A stretch of DNA of 64,000 bases. It comes from an uncultured bacterium. GTDB taxonomy: Bacteria; Babelota; Babeliae; Babelales; JACPOV01. Positions 1 through 10,386 of the stretch are shown here, piece after piece; within the stretch, counting starts at the first letter, position 1; the number at the start of each line of letters is the position of its first letter. The position numbers were made by a program, and so were the translations under genes. A model generated the notes under the pieces. That model was given only the letters and a program-made list of their open reading frames with translations. It searched no databases and was not told the origin of the DNA. The DNA lies in NCBI GenBank assembly GCA_963744715.1, contig CAVUUR010000012.1, positions 168,926 through 232,925 of the forward strand, read 5' to 3'.

Positions 1-61
1 AGCATTGATTTTATTATATATACATAATACATAAGCTTATTGTTTTGATGGTCTGCTTACG

Positions 62-182
62 GTCCTCCTACGCCAAGGCTTCGGCGGACAGCTTTCGCTT
101 TATGAGCAAAATATTAACTTTTCAATGTATGCCAACTCCTGAAAAAACTGGCGTGCCAGCTGAAGCTTTTAGCGAAAGCTGG
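62..182. repeat. Pair of inverted ~28-bp palindromic (REP-like) elements
   Basis: gtcctcctacgccaaggcttcggcggac (62-89); its reverse complement resembles ccagctgaagcttttagcgaaagctgg (156-182). Both fold as stem-GAA-hairpin-stem. Confidence 0.6.
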
Positions 183-256
183 TGCGCCTGGCAGGAGTCG
201 AACCTGCAACCTACGGATTCGAAATCCGGTACTCTATCCAGTTGAGCTACAGGCGC
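180..256 (-). tRNA. tRNA-Arg(UCG)
   Basis: Reverse complement GCGCCTGTAGCTCAACTGGATAGAGTACCGGATTTCGAATCCGTAGGTTGCAGGTTCGACTCCTGCCAGGCGCACCA; anticodon loop TT-TCG-AA, T-loop GTTCGA, encoded CCA. Confidence 0.95.
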
Positions 257-357
257 AAAAATTAGTACTAGTTATAGCAAAAAAAATGGTAATAATACCA
301 TGGGGAATTTAGTGTATCACTATTGCTATGATAAATCAAAATCTGCTCGCTTAAAAC

Positions 358-1092
358 TCATTCACATTGTGTAAAATAGGCCAAAAATTCTTTGTTGCCA
401 TCGGCGCCGGTAATGGGTGATTCTGTATACCCAACACACAAAAATCCGTTTTGCACAATGCCATTAATTACGTTCTTAATAACCGCTTCATGCACTGCCA
501 CGTCTTTAATAATACCGCCACGCCCAACCTGTTTTTTTTCTGCTTCAAATTGTGGTTTGATCAGCACGATAAGTTTTCCATTCGGTTTAAGAATTTTTTT
601 GACTACATCCATCACTTTTAATACCGAAATAAATGAAAGATCAAGCGTAACCAGGTCTACTAATTCGGGTAATGGTGGTAACAACCTCAAATTAGTGCGC
701 TCGAGCACCACAACGCGTGGATCATTGCGTATTTTTTCATGCACTTGACCATAGCCAACGTCAACGCCATACACTTTTTGCGCACCGCGTTGCAGTAAGC
801 AATCGGTAAATCCACCGGTAGAAAGTCCGGCATCAAGAACAATTAATCCATGAACATCAAGGTTAAAATAATCGAGTGCTTTTTCTAATTTAAGCCCTGC
901 GCGAGAAACATAACGCGGTTCTTGCGCGTCAACCGTAATAAGAGCATCGTGCGCGACAGCTGTTCCCGGTTTAGTAATAACTTTTTCTTGCACGGTAACT
1001 TTTCCCTGCATAATCAAACTTTGAATATAGGTTTTACTTAATGCAGGAAAGCGTTCTGCCACCAACGTATCTAAACGCTTTTTTTGAATCAT
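358..1092 (-). CDS. tlyA: TlyA family rRNA 2'-O-methyltransferase
   Basis: N-terminal S4 domain (KRLD), YVSRAGLKL, LDAGLSTGGFTDCLLQRGA, LIKPQFE, SPITGADGNKEF. Confidence 0.95.
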   Translation of the reverse strand: MIQKKRLDTLVAERFPALSKTYIQSLIMQGKVTVQEKVITKPGTAVAHDALITVDAQEPRYVSRAGLKLEKALDYFNLDVHGLIVLDAGLSTGGFTDCLLQRGAQKVYGVDVGYGQVHEKIRNDPRVVVLERTNLRLLPPLPELVDLVTLDLSFISVLKVMDVVKKILKPNGKLIVLIKPQFEAEKKQVGRGGIIKDVAVHEAVIKNVINGIVQNGFLCVGYTESPITGADGNKEFLAYFTQCE

Positions 1093-1095
1093 ATT

Positions 1096-2757
1096 TTAGC
1101 TTTTCTTGATATCATCATGCTCATTCATGGCAAATATTGGATTTGCTTCATACAATAATGATTCTTTATTTAATTTAACTAATAGTGATCTTGTTGTGTC
1201 AGAAATGGGGAAGAAATAATCTTTTGCTAAACGCACTTCTTCTTCCACAACTTTTTTAAACGGACAGACAATAAACACACCGTCAGTAGTTTCAATCGTC
1301 AAATCACCCGATACTAATCCTTTAAATAATACCGTTCGCAGATCATCCAGCGTTTTTACTTTTTGACCATTTACTTCACTTAAAATTGACCCTAGACCTA
1401 TGGATCGAGAACGCTGCGCTTGTGAATCTGGAAAGATGTGCGTAATAATTAATGCGGGATCCATTTGGTATTTCATTTCCGTATATTTTGCCAAACTAGG
1501 AGCATTATTAATAAGCAATGGTAGATGATTGATGCTCAACGGTTGCACAACCATGCCAGCAACCACTTCGTAATCAATTTTTTCATAACCGGGATATATT
1601 CTGCGAATGGGTAACAACTCAGCTTGATTAAAGCTGAACTTAATATCATGCCGCGTTCCGTGGCGGTATACCAGAAGATGTATTTCTTGACCTAGCGTTA
1701 ACTGTGAAACATAATCAACGATCGAAATTTTTTCACTATTCCATGCTAATTCGCCATAAAAATCAAGTTTATTACGGTTAATTTCATAAATCATATCCCC
1801 TTTTTGCACACCAGCTTTATGCAACGGACTGTCTTTATACACATCAACTACATATAATCCTCCCGATTGAGGATTACCCAAATACGTAGCTAACCGTTCA
1901 CTACCATTATTAAAAAGAATTCCTAAAAACGGCTTACGTAATAATTTAACGGTATGCAAATCATCAAGAATAATTTTTAATTCATTGATAGGAATAATAT
2001 AACCAACGTTTTGTGCATCAGGCGCGTATAAGGTATTAATACCAATGACATCACCATTCCGGTTAACGGAAGGTCCACCTGAATTGCCAGGATTAATAGC
2101 CGCATCAATTTGAATTAAATGCTGTTCATGCCCACTCACCACACCCGTGGTACTTTTTAATCCCTGTTGGCCCAGTGGATATCCCAGTGCCATAATTTCT
2201 TCAGCGCGATGCACTAAATTAGAATCACCCAACGTTAAATAAGGAATTTTACCTAACGCCTTTTCTAATAACGTAATTCCTTCAGTACGCATTTTTAATA
2301 AGGCAATATCACGTTCAGGGCTCACGCCAACAATATCAACGTCAATTTGCTCTTTGCCCAAAGAACAAGGAATTTGTATCCACACGGCTTTTGCCTGATC
2401 GATCACATGAGCATTGGTTACAATATATCCTTGACCACGTGAATCATTAATAAAAAATCCGCTACCGGTCCCTTGATATTGGCTCGGTGTTTTATACGGT
2501 TGCAGTAAATCAATAGCAGCAACTTGTGCAAATACCTGTACAACGCAATCTTTAACTTTTTCCTGCAAATCGGTCCATGGCTCACTGATTGAAACTACTT
2601 TTTCAACAATTTCCTTACGAATAATCGGTTGATTATCGCGCGCGACAAGTAATTCATGCAATTCTTGTTGCCGTTGGTCAAGTTTGTACAGATAAAAACC
2701 AATACCACCAAAAAATCCTATAACTAACAAAAAACGAACTATAGACCAAAAATTCAT
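1096..2757 (-). CDS. HtrA/DegP-like trypsin serine protease with PDZ domains and N-terminal membrane anchor
   Basis: VTNAHVI (His), DIALLK (Asp), DAAINPGNSGGP (Ser); PDZ-like FLGI and SPLHKAGVQKGD. Confidence 0.9.
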   Translation of the reverse strand: MNFWSIVRFLLVIGFFGGIGFYLYKLDQRQQELHELLVARDNQPIIRKEIVEKVVSISEPWTDLQEKVKDCVVQVFAQVAAIDLLQPYKTPSQYQGTGSGFFINDSRGQGYIVTNAHVIDQAKAVWIQIPCSLGKEQIDVDIVGVSPERDIALLKMRTEGITLLEKALGKIPYLTLGDSNLVHRAEEIMALGYPLGQQGLKSTTGVVSGHEQHLIQIDAAINPGNSGGPSVNRNGDVIGINTLYAPDAQNVGYIIPINELKIILDDLHTVKLLRKPFLGILFNNGSERLATYLGNPQSGGLYVVDVYKDSPLHKAGVQKGDMIYEINRNKLDFYGELAWNSEKISIVDYVSQLTLGQEIHLLVYRHGTRHDIKFSFNQAELLPIRRIYPGYEKIDYEVVAGMVVQPLSINHLPLLINNAPSLAKYTEMKYQMDPALIITHIFPDSQAQRSRSIGLGSILSEVNGQKVKTLDDLRTVLFKGLVSGDLTIETTDGVFIVCPFKKVVEEEVRLAKDYFFPISDTTRSLLVKLNKESLLYEANPIFAMNEHDDIKKS

Positions 2758-2944
2758 ACCTAGAGACCTTATTGTATAAATGCTTAAGTAGGTTTACTAT
2801 GACCTTTTCTCAACTTCAGCATACCAAAACCTTTAATAAAAACTAGGTCGCCTAAAAAGTCTGTTATTTGCAAAATCATTCACAACTGATTATTCTGAAT
2901 CTCATATGTAATTACAAATATTGGTTTTCAAGGAGTTTATTTTC

Positions 2945-4261
2945 ATGAAAGTTACAGAGTCAGCCGCTACACTTGATGCTATAATGGCTTTGTGTAAAAG
3001 AAGAGGTTTTGTTTATCAATCAGCGGATATTTATGGCGGTTTAAATGGGCTTTATGATTTTGGGCACTTGGGAACTCTGTTAAAACAAAATATTAGAAAA
3101 TCTTGGCTTGATTCATTGTATAAAACTGATAACGATATTCTTCTTATGGAAGGCGCTTTATTATCACCAAAACGAATATGGGAAGCCTCTGGCCATATTG
3201 AAAACTTTCATGATCCTATGGTTGACTGCCTCAATTGCAAACATCGCTTTAGAGCCGATGAAATTGATTTACAAAAACCATGCTCCCATTGCGGCAAAAG
3301 AGGATGGACTGATGTACGCACCTTCAACATGATGTTCAAAACAGAACTCGGTGCAGCCGCTGCACAAGCATCAGAAGCTTATTTGCGCCCTGAAACGGCA
3401 CAATCAATTTTTGTTAATTTTAAACAAATCATGACCACCAATCGCGTATCAATTCCCTTTGGTGTGGCACAAATTGGCAAGGCATTCCGCAATGAAATAA
3501 ATCCTAAACAATTTCTTTTCCGTATGCGAGAATTCGAACAAATGGAATTGGAATGGTTCTGCAAAGAACAAACAGCGCAAGAAGCGTTTGCTTTTTGGTC
3601 GGCACAGCGCATTGCTTTTTATAACACGATAGGTCTTACCATGGAAAAAATTCGCATACGCGCACATGAACAAGGCGAACTTTCTCATTATTCAAAAGCA
3701 ACCTCCGATGTTGAATATCATTTTCCTTTTGGTTGGAAAGAAATTGAGGGTATTGCTTATCGCGGTGATTTTGATTTGGCACAACACAGCGCTTATTCTG
3801 GAAAAGATTTACGCGTTTATGATGAAGCAACAAAATCTTCCTATTTCCCTCATGTCGTAGAATGTTCTGTTGGCGTTGATCGCCTCTTTTTGACTCTTTT
3901 CTTTGACGCGTATGATGAAGATAGTGCCGAAGGTGAACAACGCATCGTATTAAGATTTAATCCAACCATAGCCCCCATAAAAGCAGCTTTTTTACCATTA
4001 ACTAAAAAACAAACTGATCCAATGCTCTCACTGTTTAATGATATCAAGAAACGTGGGTGTATGGTGGAATTTGATGAATCCGGCTCAATAGGAAAACGTT
4101 ATCGCCGCCAGGATGAAATTGGTACTCCCGTTTGCTTTACCTACGACTTTGATACTGATAATGATAGATGTGTAACGGTGCGAAACCGTGATACTATGAA
4201 ACAGGAACGCATCAACATCGATCGCGTATCAGAGTATCTGGATAATCTGATAAAATCATAA
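2945..4261 (+). CDS. glyQS: Glycine--tRNA ligase (homodimeric alpha2 type)
   Basis: LCKRRGF, YLRPETAQ, AQIGKAFRNEI, FRMREFEQME, SIGKRYRRQDEIGTP. Confidence 0.97.
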   Translation: MKVTESAATLDAIMALCKRRGFVYQSADIYGGLNGLYDFGHLGTLLKQNIRKSWLDSLYKTDNDILLMEGALLSPKRIWEASGHIENFHDPMVDCLNCKHRFRADEIDLQKPCSHCGKRGWTDVRTFNMMFKTELGAAAAQASEAYLRPETAQSIFVNFKQIMTTNRVSIPFGVAQIGKAFRNEINPKQFLFRMREFEQMELEWFCKEQTAQEAFAFWSAQRIAFYNTIGLTMEKIRIRAHEQGELSHYSKATSDVEYHFPFGWKEIEGIAYRGDFDLAQHSAYSGKDLRVYDEATKSSYFPHVVECSVGVDRLFLTLFFDAYDEDSAEGEQRIVLRFNPTIAPIKAAFLPLTKKQTDPMLSLFNDIKKRGCMVEFDESGSIGKRYRRQDEIGTPVCFTYDFDTDNDRCVTVRNRDTMKQERINIDRVSEYLDNLIKS

Positions 4262-4277
4262 CCGTGCAGAGAATTCT

Positions 4278-4865
4278 ATGAATATATTACGTACCATGTA
4301 TGATTGGATGGGAAAACAAGTATATTCACCGTATGCAACGCCGATGCTAGCTTTTTTATTTTTTATTGAAGCTATTTTTTTCTTTCCGGTGGATCCAATT
4401 CTTCTTGTTTATTGCCTTGAACATCGAAAAAAGGCATGGTATTTTGCAACGGTTGCAACAGTAGCCTCCGTTCTTGGTGGTATCGTTGGTTATTACATAG
4501 GATTCGCTTTGTGGCAAATTTTTGGATCAGTTATTCTTGGGTGGCTCATTTCGCCGGAAAAATTTAATAATGCGGTTCAACTATTTAATCGATACGAAAT
4601 GTGGGCCGTGCTGATTGCAGGTTTTACTCCTATTCCGTACAAAGCCGTTACGTACACTGCCGGTTTTTGTAAACTTCCTATTATTCCCTTTATTGCCTAT
4701 TCATTCGTTGCGCGCGGCGCTCGATTTTATTTATTATCCTTTGTAATAAGCATGTGGGGAGTTCCTATAAAAGAATATATTGACCGGTATTTTAACCTCT
4801 TAGTAGCCTTGTTTTTAGTGTTCGTACTTGGGGCAACCTGGTTAATCCATCTTATGTGCCCTTAA
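4278..4865 (+). CDS. YqaA/DedA family membrane protein
   Basis: EAIFFFPVDP, ASVLGGIVGY, AGFTPIPYK, RGARF. Confidence 0.9.
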   Translation: MNILRTMYDWMGKQVYSPYATPMLAFLFFIEAIFFFPVDPILLVYCLEHRKKAWYFATVATVASVLGGIVGYYIGFALWQIFGSVILGWLISPEKFNNAVQLFNRYEMWAVLIAGFTPIPYKAVTYTAGFCKLPIIPFIAYSFVARGARFYLLSFVISMWGVPIKEYIDRYFNLLVALFLVFVLGATWLIHLMCP

Positions 4866-4881
4866 AAAAAAGGTTATTTAG

Positions 4882-6216
4882 ATGGTATTTAATAAAATTG
4901 TTCAATTTTCTCCCGGCCGCATTATTCTTTCTTCATTGCTTATTGCTATTGTGCTGGGAACATTGCTGTTATGGTTGCCTATTGCACGTACGGTTTACAT
5001 ACCGCTCATTGATATTTTTTTTACCGCGACCTCCGTCATTTGTGTTACCGGTTTATTAACAACGCCATTAACAAGCTTTACACCATTTGGACATTTCATC
5101 ATTTTAATTCTCATGCAACTAGGGGGACTGGGCTTAATTACCATGACTATTTTTATCATGTCATTATTTGTTGAATTTGGGCTCGGAACACAAATACTGG
5201 CCGGTAAATTATTGGAACTTGAATCATGGAAAAATATCAAAAACATGCTCTTTTTTATTATCAAGTTAAGCATCATTATCGAATTACTCGGTGCTGCCAT
5301 CATTTTTATTACCATTTATCATGAGTTTTCATTCGCGGAAGGAATTTTTTTATCCCTATTTCATGCCGTTGCATCATTTTGCGACGCTGGACTTTCGCTG
5401 TTCCCCCAAGGAATGATTTCTTATCAAAAAAATTATGTAATGTTAATGATAACATCTTTTTTAATGCTCTTCGGCGGCCTTGGTTTTATTACGTGGCATG
5501 AAATTTTATTGTATATCCGTTCATTTTTTGATCACAAAAAAGCACATTTTTCATTGCATAGCAAAATTGTACTATCAACCACCTGTTCAATTATTGTTGG
5601 CGCTAGCGCTTTATTTTGGATTTTAGAACGTAACAACACGCTCAACGCCATGAATCCATGGTTGGCTGCTTGTAACACACTCTTCAATACCATTTCAAGT
5701 CGAAGCACCGGTTTTTTAACGATTAATCCGCTCGATTTACACATAGCAACGATATTTATGATTATAGCCATTTCTTTTATTGGTTCATCGCCAGGCTCAA
5801 CAGGAAGTGGCATAAAAACAACAACGTTTGCCATTTTTTTAGCAGCAATTCGCACGGCAATATCAAATCGCACTTCGGTTCAAATTAAAGGAAGACGCAT
5901 TGCGCGGGATCAAGTTTATAAAGCCTTTGCAATAATGTCATTGAGTCAAGCATGGATCATTATAACTATTTTTTGTTTACTCATTACCGAAAAACAAGGA
6001 GATTTTTTGGATATTGTTTTTGAGTCAGCTTCTGCTTTTGCTACCCTGGGAATATCAACCGGCATAACTCCTTATTTATCACTGATGGGGAAATTATTTA
6101 TTATCGCCAGTATGATTGTGGGGCGAATCGGCTCATTAACGTTTATTCTTGCATTAAGAAAAAAACCAGAAACTATTGAATATCAGTACCCAGAAGAACG
6201 GGTAATGTTAAGTTAA
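4882..6216 (+). CDS. ktrB: KtrB/TrkH potassium uptake membrane subunit
   Basis: Pore motifs FTATSVICVTGL, SFCDAG, RSTGF, SAFATLGISTG; GSSPGSTGSGIKTTT. Confidence 0.9.
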   Translation: MVFNKIVQFSPGRIILSSLLIAIVLGTLLLWLPIARTVYIPLIDIFFTATSVICVTGLLTTPLTSFTPFGHFIILILMQLGGLGLITMTIFIMSLFVEFGLGTQILAGKLLELESWKNIKNMLFFIIKLSIIIELLGAAIIFITIYHEFSFAEGIFLSLFHAVASFCDAGLSLFPQGMISYQKNYVMLMITSFLMLFGGLGFITWHEILLYIRSFFDHKKAHFSLHSKIVLSTTCSIIVGASALFWILERNNTLNAMNPWLAACNTLFNTISSRSTGFLTINPLDLHIATIFMIIAISFIGSSPGSTGSGIKTTTFAIFLAAIRTAISNRTSVQIKGRRIARDQVYKAFAIMSLSQAWIIITIFCLLITEKQGDFLDIVFESASAFATLGISTGITPYLSLMGKLFIIASMIVGRIGSLTFILALRKKPETIEYQYPEERVMLS

Positions 6217-6231
6217 CAAAGGAAAAAATCA

Positions 6232-6873
6232 ATGAAATTTTGTGTAATTGGCTTAGGACGATTCGGTTATCACGTTGCTACAACCTTGGCGGAAAATGGC
6301 ATGGAAGTTCTCGGCGTTGAAACTAATGAAACCATCGTTGCATCTATCCGTGATTTGATAACACAAGCCGTATGCATGCAAGTGCATGATGAAACATCAC
6401 TCCGATCAATCGGTATTGAAGAAATGGATACGGTTATTGTTGCCATGGGGGAAAATTTTGCTGGCTCAATCTTAATTACCGCACTGCTTAAAAAAAGATT
6501 GCATATTCCACTCGTTATTACTCGTGCCGTGAGTGAAATTCATAAAGAAATTTTATTATTGATTGGTGCTGACCAAATTATTTTACCGGAACAAGAGGTT
6601 GGTAATCGTTTAGCTGACAATTTGAGTTTACCATTTGCCGTTCTTTCACGGCTTACCAAACAATTTGCAATTACCCAAATACACGCACCACAACATTTTG
6701 TGGGAAAAACAATTAAAAAAATAGCACTCTATGACAATTATCATGTTATGTGCATAGGCATACGAAAAGATAATGAAATCGTTCCGGTTAATAATGATTA
6801 TCAAATTGCTAAAGATGATCAATTAATTCTCGGTGGATCTAATAAAGATCTTGCCAATATTACACGGCTGTAA
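6232..6873 (+). CDS. ktrA: KtrA/TrkA potassium uptake regulatory subunit
   Basis: VIGLGRFG nucleotide-binding RCK domain; directly follows ktrB. Confidence 0.9.
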   Translation: MKFCVIGLGRFGYHVATTLAENGMEVLGVETNETIVASIRDLITQAVCMQVHDETSLRSIGIEEMDTVIVAMGENFAGSILITALLKKRLHIPLVITRAVSEIHKEILLLIGADQIILPEQEVGNRLADNLSLPFAVLSRLTKQFAITQIHAPQHFVGKTIKKIALYDNYHVMCIGIRKDNEIVPVNNDYQIAKDDQLILGGSNKDLANITRL

Positions 6874-7484
6874 TGAATAATGTTATTATTAACGCAGACT
6901 CAATTTCTCTCGCTTATAAAAAACGCTGGATCGGCTACCATTACATTCTTGCCAATGTTTCTTTTACTATTAATCGCGGCGAATGCATTGCTGTTATTGG
7001 TGCTAACGGAGCAGGAAAATCAACCTTATTAAAAATAATTGCTGGATTAATTATTTCAACCCGCGGAACGCTGAAACGCAACTACACCCGCATCGGTTAT
7101 GTTCCTGAACATAGTGCATTGCCACCTTTTTTAACCATCTATCAATGGATGCGTTATCAGGCGTACATTGCCCATAAAACCGATACTATTGATTATCTTC
7201 TTGAACGAACACACATAACGTCTTATGCGCATCATAAAATTCAATCATTATCAAAAGGAATTCGGCAACGCCTCTGCATTGCGCAAGCATTATTAAATAA
7301 TCCAGAGTTACTTATTTTGGATGAACCATTTTCTGGCCTGGATAAAACTTCTCATACCATCATGCAATCATTATGTTTTGATAACGCGGAAAAACGCACC
7401 ATTATCTATGCAACGCATGATGATCCGGTACAAAAAACAAATAGAATTTTCGGTATAGAAAACAAAACCATTAAAGAATATTAA
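6873..7484 (+). CDS. ABC transporter ATP-binding protein
   Basis: Walker A GANGAGKST, signature LSKG, Walker B LLILDEP. Confidence 0.9.
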   Translation: MNNVIINADSISLAYKKRWIGYHYILANVSFTINRGECIAVIGANGAGKSTLLKIIAGLIISTRGTLKRNYTRIGYVPEHSALPPFLTIYQWMRYQAYIAHKTDTIDYLLERTHITSYAHHKIQSLSKGIRQRLCIAQALLNNPELLILDEPFSGLDKTSHTIMQSLCFDNAEKRTIIYATHDDPVQKTNRIFGIENKTIKEY

Positions 7485-7485
7485 A

Positions 7486-7749
7486 TTATTCATCTACCAT
7501 GTCATCAAGGTCATCCTGTTCATAGTCATGCTTCTTATATTCTTTTTCATCATTTTCAAAATTTGTAATACTATCAATATTATTCAATTGTTGTTGCCCA
7601 TCAAAATTAACCAATTCATTTTCAACAAAATAATTGAAAGGCCCTGGCAATTGTCCTTGTTGTCCCATTTCTTCTTGCTGAAAAGCGTGCATATAATTGC
7701 TGGTAATGATGCACAGTATAATATTAATTATTATTATAAATATATTCAT
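7486..7749 (-). CDS. Small acidic secreted hypothetical protein
   Basis: Hydrophobic N-terminus ending MHA, RBS GAGGA upstream, D/E-rich tail. Confidence 0.55.
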   Translation of the reverse strand: MNIFIIIINIILCIITSNYMHAFQQEEMGQQGQLPGPFNYFVENELVNFDGQQQLNNIDSITNFENDEKEYKKHDYEQDDLDDMVDE

Positions 7750-7859
7750 ATAAATTCCTCTATTTGTATATGATGGGTATTTTATGTATACTTCTTTTGC
7801 TATAGTAACAAAACTTTAAAATACTAATAAACAGTTATGATTATTCAAAAGGCAATAGT

Positions 7860-8591
7860 ATGATTACCATGAAATATTTTTTGCTCGCAGTACTATGTAT
7901 GAGCATGCAACACAGTTTTTGTATGGAACAGCCAAAGAAAAAAGAAATAGTAACTACAAAACTAATAAAAATTAAAAAATGGGAAGATATACAACCCTTC
8001 GCTGGTCACGTTGTAGCATATAAAATAGAACCTTTATCTTTCATTAAACAATTTTTCTACGGCAATTCTGTTAATCTCGATACAATGTGCGGATATCAAC
8101 TAGACCCCAGTAAACCAATCAAATATGGACACATTGACGAGAGCCAGACAACTTGGTTATTGAAGCCTCACGCAAAATCGGGGGAAATAGGGTACATCAT
8201 GCGTAAGTTGTTAGAAAAAAACCAGGTTGAATCGCACTGTATCCTCGTAAACTCTGTCGTTAAATCATGCAATTTATCGATGTCCCACGTAACAACTAAA
8301 GAAATTCATCAAATATTAGCAGCAATAGATTCTGATAAAGCTGTATTTAATACACTTTTTGCTCCCAACAATACTCAACTTATATTGCAAAAACGCTTGA
8401 ACTATTTACATGATCTCAAGAAAGAGTATGCGGAACACATGGTTCAGTTTTTAAGGGCAGAACCTCGAACACAAACAATACATGGCAAAGAAATAGAGAA
8501 AAAAAACTACGAATACCAGAACGCATTTAAAAAACTTCCTATTGAGATTGTTCGTCTGATTGTAAACTTTCGTTATACTATAGAAAATTAA
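7860..8591 (+). CDS. Secreted hypothetical protein with C-terminal F-box-like motif (family A, copy 1)
   Basis: Signal peptide ...SFC-MEQ; C-terminal FKKLPIEIVRLIVNF; paralog at 9530-10211. Confidence 0.75.
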   Translation: MITMKYFLLAVLCMSMQHSFCMEQPKKKEIVTTKLIKIKKWEDIQPFAGHVVAYKIEPLSFIKQFFYGNSVNLDTMCGYQLDPSKPIKYGHIDESQTTWLLKPHAKSGEIGYIMRKLLEKNQVESHCILVNSVVKSCNLSMSHVTTKEIHQILAAIDSDKAVFNTLFAPNNTQLILQKRLNYLHDLKKEYAEHMVQFLRAEPRTQTIHGKEIEKKNYEYQNAFKKLPIEIVRLIVNFRYTIEN

Positions 8592-8642
8592 TTCATTTAA
8601 TTCAGTTTTGATATAATTACCCCGAGAACCTGGGTTGTTTTA

Positions 8643-8670
8643 TTGACAAGTAATATTTTATCTGTATTAT
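8643..8670 (+). promoter_or_regulatory. Sigma70-like promoter of family B gene (repeated at ~10265)
   Basis: TTGACA followed by a TATTAT box; conserved in both duplicated units. Confidence 0.55.
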
Positions 8671-8764
8671 TAGCTTAAAATACGGGTAAAATTATTTTTA
8701 AATAACACGCATAAGATATTTTTTAGTGTACTGGCTCAGAATATTCAGAAAGAATAAAAATATT

Positions 8765-9412
8765 ATGAAAAAATTATTATATAGTTTCATGCTCATCGGC
8801 AATGTATCCCTCTCTGGGATGATAGTACAAAATCGGCGAACATTTTCTCCCCCTCCTTTAAAACAATTATCTGCACAAGCATGTATCGATCATCAACTAG
8901 CCTATGTGAATCTCCCCAAGGAATGTAAAGATGCGATAAGGAAGTGTGTATTCTCCCCAACCGAATGTGAAAATTATCAAAAACCTTTTGATAATGGTAA
9001 TGTAGAATCAATTTTAGAACAGGCAAAAATCCTTGGCGATACTGAACGAATACAAAAGGCTCGTGAATATAATAAGGAAAAAATCTTAGAGGGCATATCT
9101 TCTCGTGAAACTATAAAAGATTATGTTACTAGACCTCATGAAATTCAGAAAGAAATACGTACCCCCATTAAACGATGGCTTGAAGTAAAAGAAAAAGATT
9201 TTATGTTTTTTTGTGAGGATCTATACGGGTCCATCAGAGATCGTCGCGAATTAGCCTTACTGCTTAATGATCCCGACATGATAAAGCAAAAAGAACGCTA
9301 TATGAGAAGAGCAAAGCGTAATCATATCATAACCAGGCTTCCGTATCATGCTCCGTTCATGATGAGTGACCCTTTATACGTTACTCGGAAAGTTGTTTCA
9401 AAAAATCTTTAA
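8765..9412 (+). CDS. Secreted hypothetical protein with N-terminal SOCS/BC-box-like motif (family B, copy 1)
   Basis: Signal peptide ...LSG-MIV; PPPLKQLSAQAC...LPKECKDAI; paralog at 10387-11058. Confidence 0.75.
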   Translation: MKKLLYSFMLIGNVSLSGMIVQNRRTFSPPPLKQLSAQACIDHQLAYVNLPKECKDAIRKCVFSPTECENYQKPFDNGNVESILEQAKILGDTERIQKAREYNKEKILEGISSRETIKDYVTRPHEIQKEIRTPIKRWLEVKEKDFMFFCEDLYGSIRDRRELALLLNDPDMIKQKERYMRRAKRNHIITRLPYHAPFMMSDPLYVTRKVVSKNL

Positions 9413-9529
9413 TCCAACTTAAAATAGTTTTTTTATGAGCAATGCACATACCCTTTATTGACAAATAACATCCACATTTTACTTTTTTAATAAAATAGCA
9501 GCGATTATTCGGAGGGTGAGGGTAATAGT

Positions 9530-10211
9530 ATGGTTAGCATTAAATATTTTTTGTGTGCCGTGATTGGTATAAATATGCAATACAGTTTTTGCATGGAGCA
9601 ACCAAAGGAAAAAGAAATACTAACTACAACAATGATAAAAATCCAAAAATCGGAAGATGTCGAATCTTTCGATGGTCATGTTGTAAAAACCTTTATCTTC
9701 AAAATTTCCTGTCGGAAATAATAAATTGTCTATTCTTGAGATAACACGCGGATATTCGCTAGACCCCAATCGATTAATATCTTATGGATTGATTAGCAAA
9801 AACAGAAGAGGATATGAAATATCTACGTTGTTAGAAAAAAACCAGGTTGGATCGTGGTGTGATCTAGACAACTTTACTATTGAATCATGCAATCTACGGA
9901 TGGGCCACGTAACAACAAAAGAACTTAATCAAATATTAGCAGTAATGCGTTCTGGCCAAGCCGCGTTTGACGTGTCTTTTGGACAATATGTAATTGCATT
10001 TGCACTTCAAATGCGCTTGGACCGTTTAAATGCCCTCAAGAAAGAATATGCTGAACATATGGTTCAGTTTTTAAGGGCAGAACCTCGAACGCAAACAATA
10101 CATGGCAAAGAAATAGAGAAAAAAGATTACCAATATCAAAGTCCATTTAAAAAATTTCCTATTGAGATTGTTCGTCTGATTGTAAACTTTCCTTATACTA
10201 TAGAAGATTAA
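9530..10211 (+). pseudogene. Family A copy 2, frameshifted
   Basis: About 11-nt deletion near 9685 relative to copy 1 (gta-gcatataaaata-gaacct versus gta-a-aaacct) splits the gene into ORFs 9530-9721 and 9726-10211. Confidence 0.7.
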
Positions 10212-10386
10212 TTCACTTAATTCAGTTTTTGATATAATTTCCTCGAACCCCTGGGTTATTTTATTGACAAGTAATACTTTATCTGTATTATATAGCTTAT
10301 AATACGGATAAAATTATTTTTAAATAACACACATAAGATATTTTTTAGTGTACTAGCTCAGAATATGCAAAAAGAATAAAAATATT

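Noticed and set aside
45..245. 66-aa ORF
   Set aside because: Antisense to tRNA-Arg and made of the palindromic repeats; not a credible protein.
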